Below, in pieces: positions 62,294 through 64,000 of a DNA stretch of 64,000 bases. Every line of letters starts with the position of its first letter. The first letter of the stretch is position 1. The position numbers and the translations under genes were made by a program. The notes beneath the pieces are model-generated. The model was not told the DNA's origin, ran no database searches, and was given only the letters and a program-made list of their open reading frames with translations. This DNA is from Nemertoderma westbladi (Eukaryota; Animalia; Xenacoelomorpha), in contig JAUCBJ010003150.1 in the NCBI GenBank assembly GCA_032718475.1, forward strand, positions 1 to 64,000. The letters are read 5' to 3'.

Positions 62294-64000
62294 AGGTCAG
62301 GTCACGTCCCCAGATCCTGCTACCACTATGGCAGTAATGTGGTACTACCTGTAGCTGTCAGCCCAGTAGGGCAGGCCCGATAAGCATAGCCTATTCATTA
62401 TTTAGTTGATCAAGAGTGGGTTGGTTCAGCCCCGTCAACTAAATAAGTCATTGAGGGCTATAGCGCCTAGGGCACCATTGAAGGCAAAGGCTTGATACAC
62501 ATCTGCATTAGAGATGATACAAGCCCCACCCTGTCTATACTGGATGCTCATCTACCAGTGTTAGGTAACCTAACCCAGGAGGCACACTTGGTTCAGGGTG
62601 TAACAAATGGACCCCTACAGTCGGCAGCAGGGCTGTAGGCCATGTATAGGCGGAAGGTAATCAACCAACGGCTAGACATGCTGACAAGGTCGGCGGAAGG
62701 TAATCAACCAACGGCGACCTACTGCGAAGACGCTTGTAGGAGTTGCGACCACAAGCGGTTTACTCCCGCAACTGAAAGATATGAGTATGAGAACCCTCCA
62801 AGAGAAATACCGGCTCGGTCGTCGCCCGGGTCAACAAGGACCGCGTCCCTCAGTGGTACACCAGGCTGGGGTCGATAAATTGGCTACTGGAACAGAAGAC
62901 AGAGAAGAAAGAAGAACCAACCTGTTGAAATGTAAAAATACACTAAAGATTGCTACAATGAACGCACGCACGCTGAAAGCACAGAGCAAACAGGATGACA
63001 TGGTCGCTCTGGCAATGGAATATAACATCGACATCATATGCATCCAAGAACATCGGATTTGTCATGAAGACACTGCCATGAAGTACAATGACATTGGAAA
63101 TGGATGGACGTTAGTAACAAGCTCAGCAGTAAGAAACTCGGCCAATGCATCAATTGGTGGAGTAGGAATTCTGCTAAGCCGATTTGCACTTAAGACCCTA
63201 AACAACATCGAATCTATAAATTCCAGGGTTATGATCGCAACATTTGATGGGAATCCCAAGACAACAGTTATATGTTGCTACAGTCCAACCAATGCATCAG
63301 AGCCAGAACAAGCAGTCAAGTTTTATGAAGAACTGACTGAACTTATTAAGGACATCCCGAAACACAATGTTAAAGTCATTGCTGGTGACCTGAATGCGCA
63401 AATTGGCCCAGAAGACATCAAGGGTTACACCTATAACACCAGTTCTAACAGAAATGGGTACTTACTTCTAGACCTAATGGAAGAATGTAAATTGATACCA
63501 ACAAACTGCACATTCGAAAAGAGTAAGGGGAAGCTATGGACCTTTCAATACCCTAATGGAACCAAAGCACAACTGGATTACATCCATATAAACAAAAAGT
63601 GGAGAAATAGCATGATCAACTGCGAGGCATACAGCTCGTTCAACCTAATTGGTTCGGACCACAGAATTGTGACTGCAGAGATCAGACTCAGTTTGAGAGC
63701 CAGCAAACCCAGGACAAGCAAGCAAATCAACTATGACTGGGAGAAACTCAGAACTGACAATGCTGTAAAGGATGCTTATACAGTAGAAGTTCAAAACCGC
63801 TTTGAAGCACTTCAGTCAATGGATGAAGACCAATCCACCGATTCAATATACCAGAATATAATAACAGCCCACAAGGAATCAGCTAAGAGGCATATCCCCC
63901 AGAAACCTAAACGAAAACAGTATGTGCCATGGCAAAACGCTGAGGTTACTTGTAAGAGAGAAGATCTTAAGATAGCCTACAAAGTTAAAACCGAACAACC
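62294..64000 (+). mobile_element. RTE-clade non-LTR retrotransposon, 5' leader plus start of ORF (runs off window)
   Basis: Abrupt switch from AT-rich to GC-richer structured sequence at ~62294, followed by an uninterrupted APE endonuclease ORF. Confidence 0.9.
62781..64000 (+). CDS. RTE LINE ORF (APE endonuclease domain; RT expected downstream), 3'-partial
   Basis: First in-frame ATG is at 62781 (in-frame stop at 62682-62684). KIATMNARTL, DIICIQEHR, GGVGILL, CCYSPT, IAGDLNAQIG, NRNG, WTF, LDYI and SDHR motifs; no stop to the window end. Absent from the ORF track because it has no stop inside the window. Confidence 0.93.
   Translation, partial: MSMRTLQEKYRLGRRPGQQGPRPSVVHQAGVDKLATGTEDREERRTNLLKCKNTLKIATMNARTLKAQSKQDDMVALAMEYNIDIICIQEHRICHEDTAMKYNDIGNGWTLVTSSAVRNSANASIGGVGILLSRFALKTLNNIESINSRVMIATFDGNPKTTVICCYSPTNASEPEQAVKFYEELTELIKDIPKHNVKVIAGDLNAQIGPEDIKGYTYNTSSNRNGYLLLDLMEECKLIPTNCTFEKSKGKLWTFQYPNGTKAQLDYIHINKKWRNSMINCEAYSSFNLIGSDHRIVTAEIRLSLRASKPRTSKQINYDWEKLRTDNAVKDAYTVEVQNRFEALQSMDEDQSTDSIYQNIITAHKESAKRHIPQKPKRKQYVPWQNAEVTCKREDLKIAYKVKTEQ

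Noticed and set aside
62294-62780. Canonical HDV-like, hammerhead or twister ribozyme
   Set aside because: Could not place the required cores (HDV L3/J4-2, CUGANGA+GAAA, twister loops) by eye; left as an open structural finding.

Overview
Repeat-dense eukaryotic (animal-like) genomic DNA. It holds one recognisable host gene, a two-exon YOD1/OTU1 deubiquitinase on the minus strand (260-4218), with no visible N-terminal UBX-like domain. About half the window is tandem repeat: an 18-kb 50-bp satellite, an 8.4-kb 62-bp satellite, a 51-bp array derived from a tRNA-like sequence, a 3.3-kb (TGTT)n tract and several minisatellites. The rest is mostly transposon-derived: a decayed BEL/Pao LTR retrotransposon whose integrase is replaced by about 3 kb of unidentified, decayed coding sequence; two HINE/DINE-1-like (non-autonomous Helentron) elements; MITEs; Kolobok-like TTAA elements; a captured Harbinger fragment; a 5'-truncated RTE LINE; and the 5' end of an apparently intact RTE LINE. 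The best leads are the structured 5' leader of the intact RTE (a duplicated 22-nt loop motif on different stems, plus an H-type pseudoknot just before the ATG), the extra BEL/Pao ORFs, and satellites whose seed sequences can still be read at the array edges. All calls come from reading the sequence by eye. No searches or folding programs were run, and copy numbers are estimated as length divided by period.
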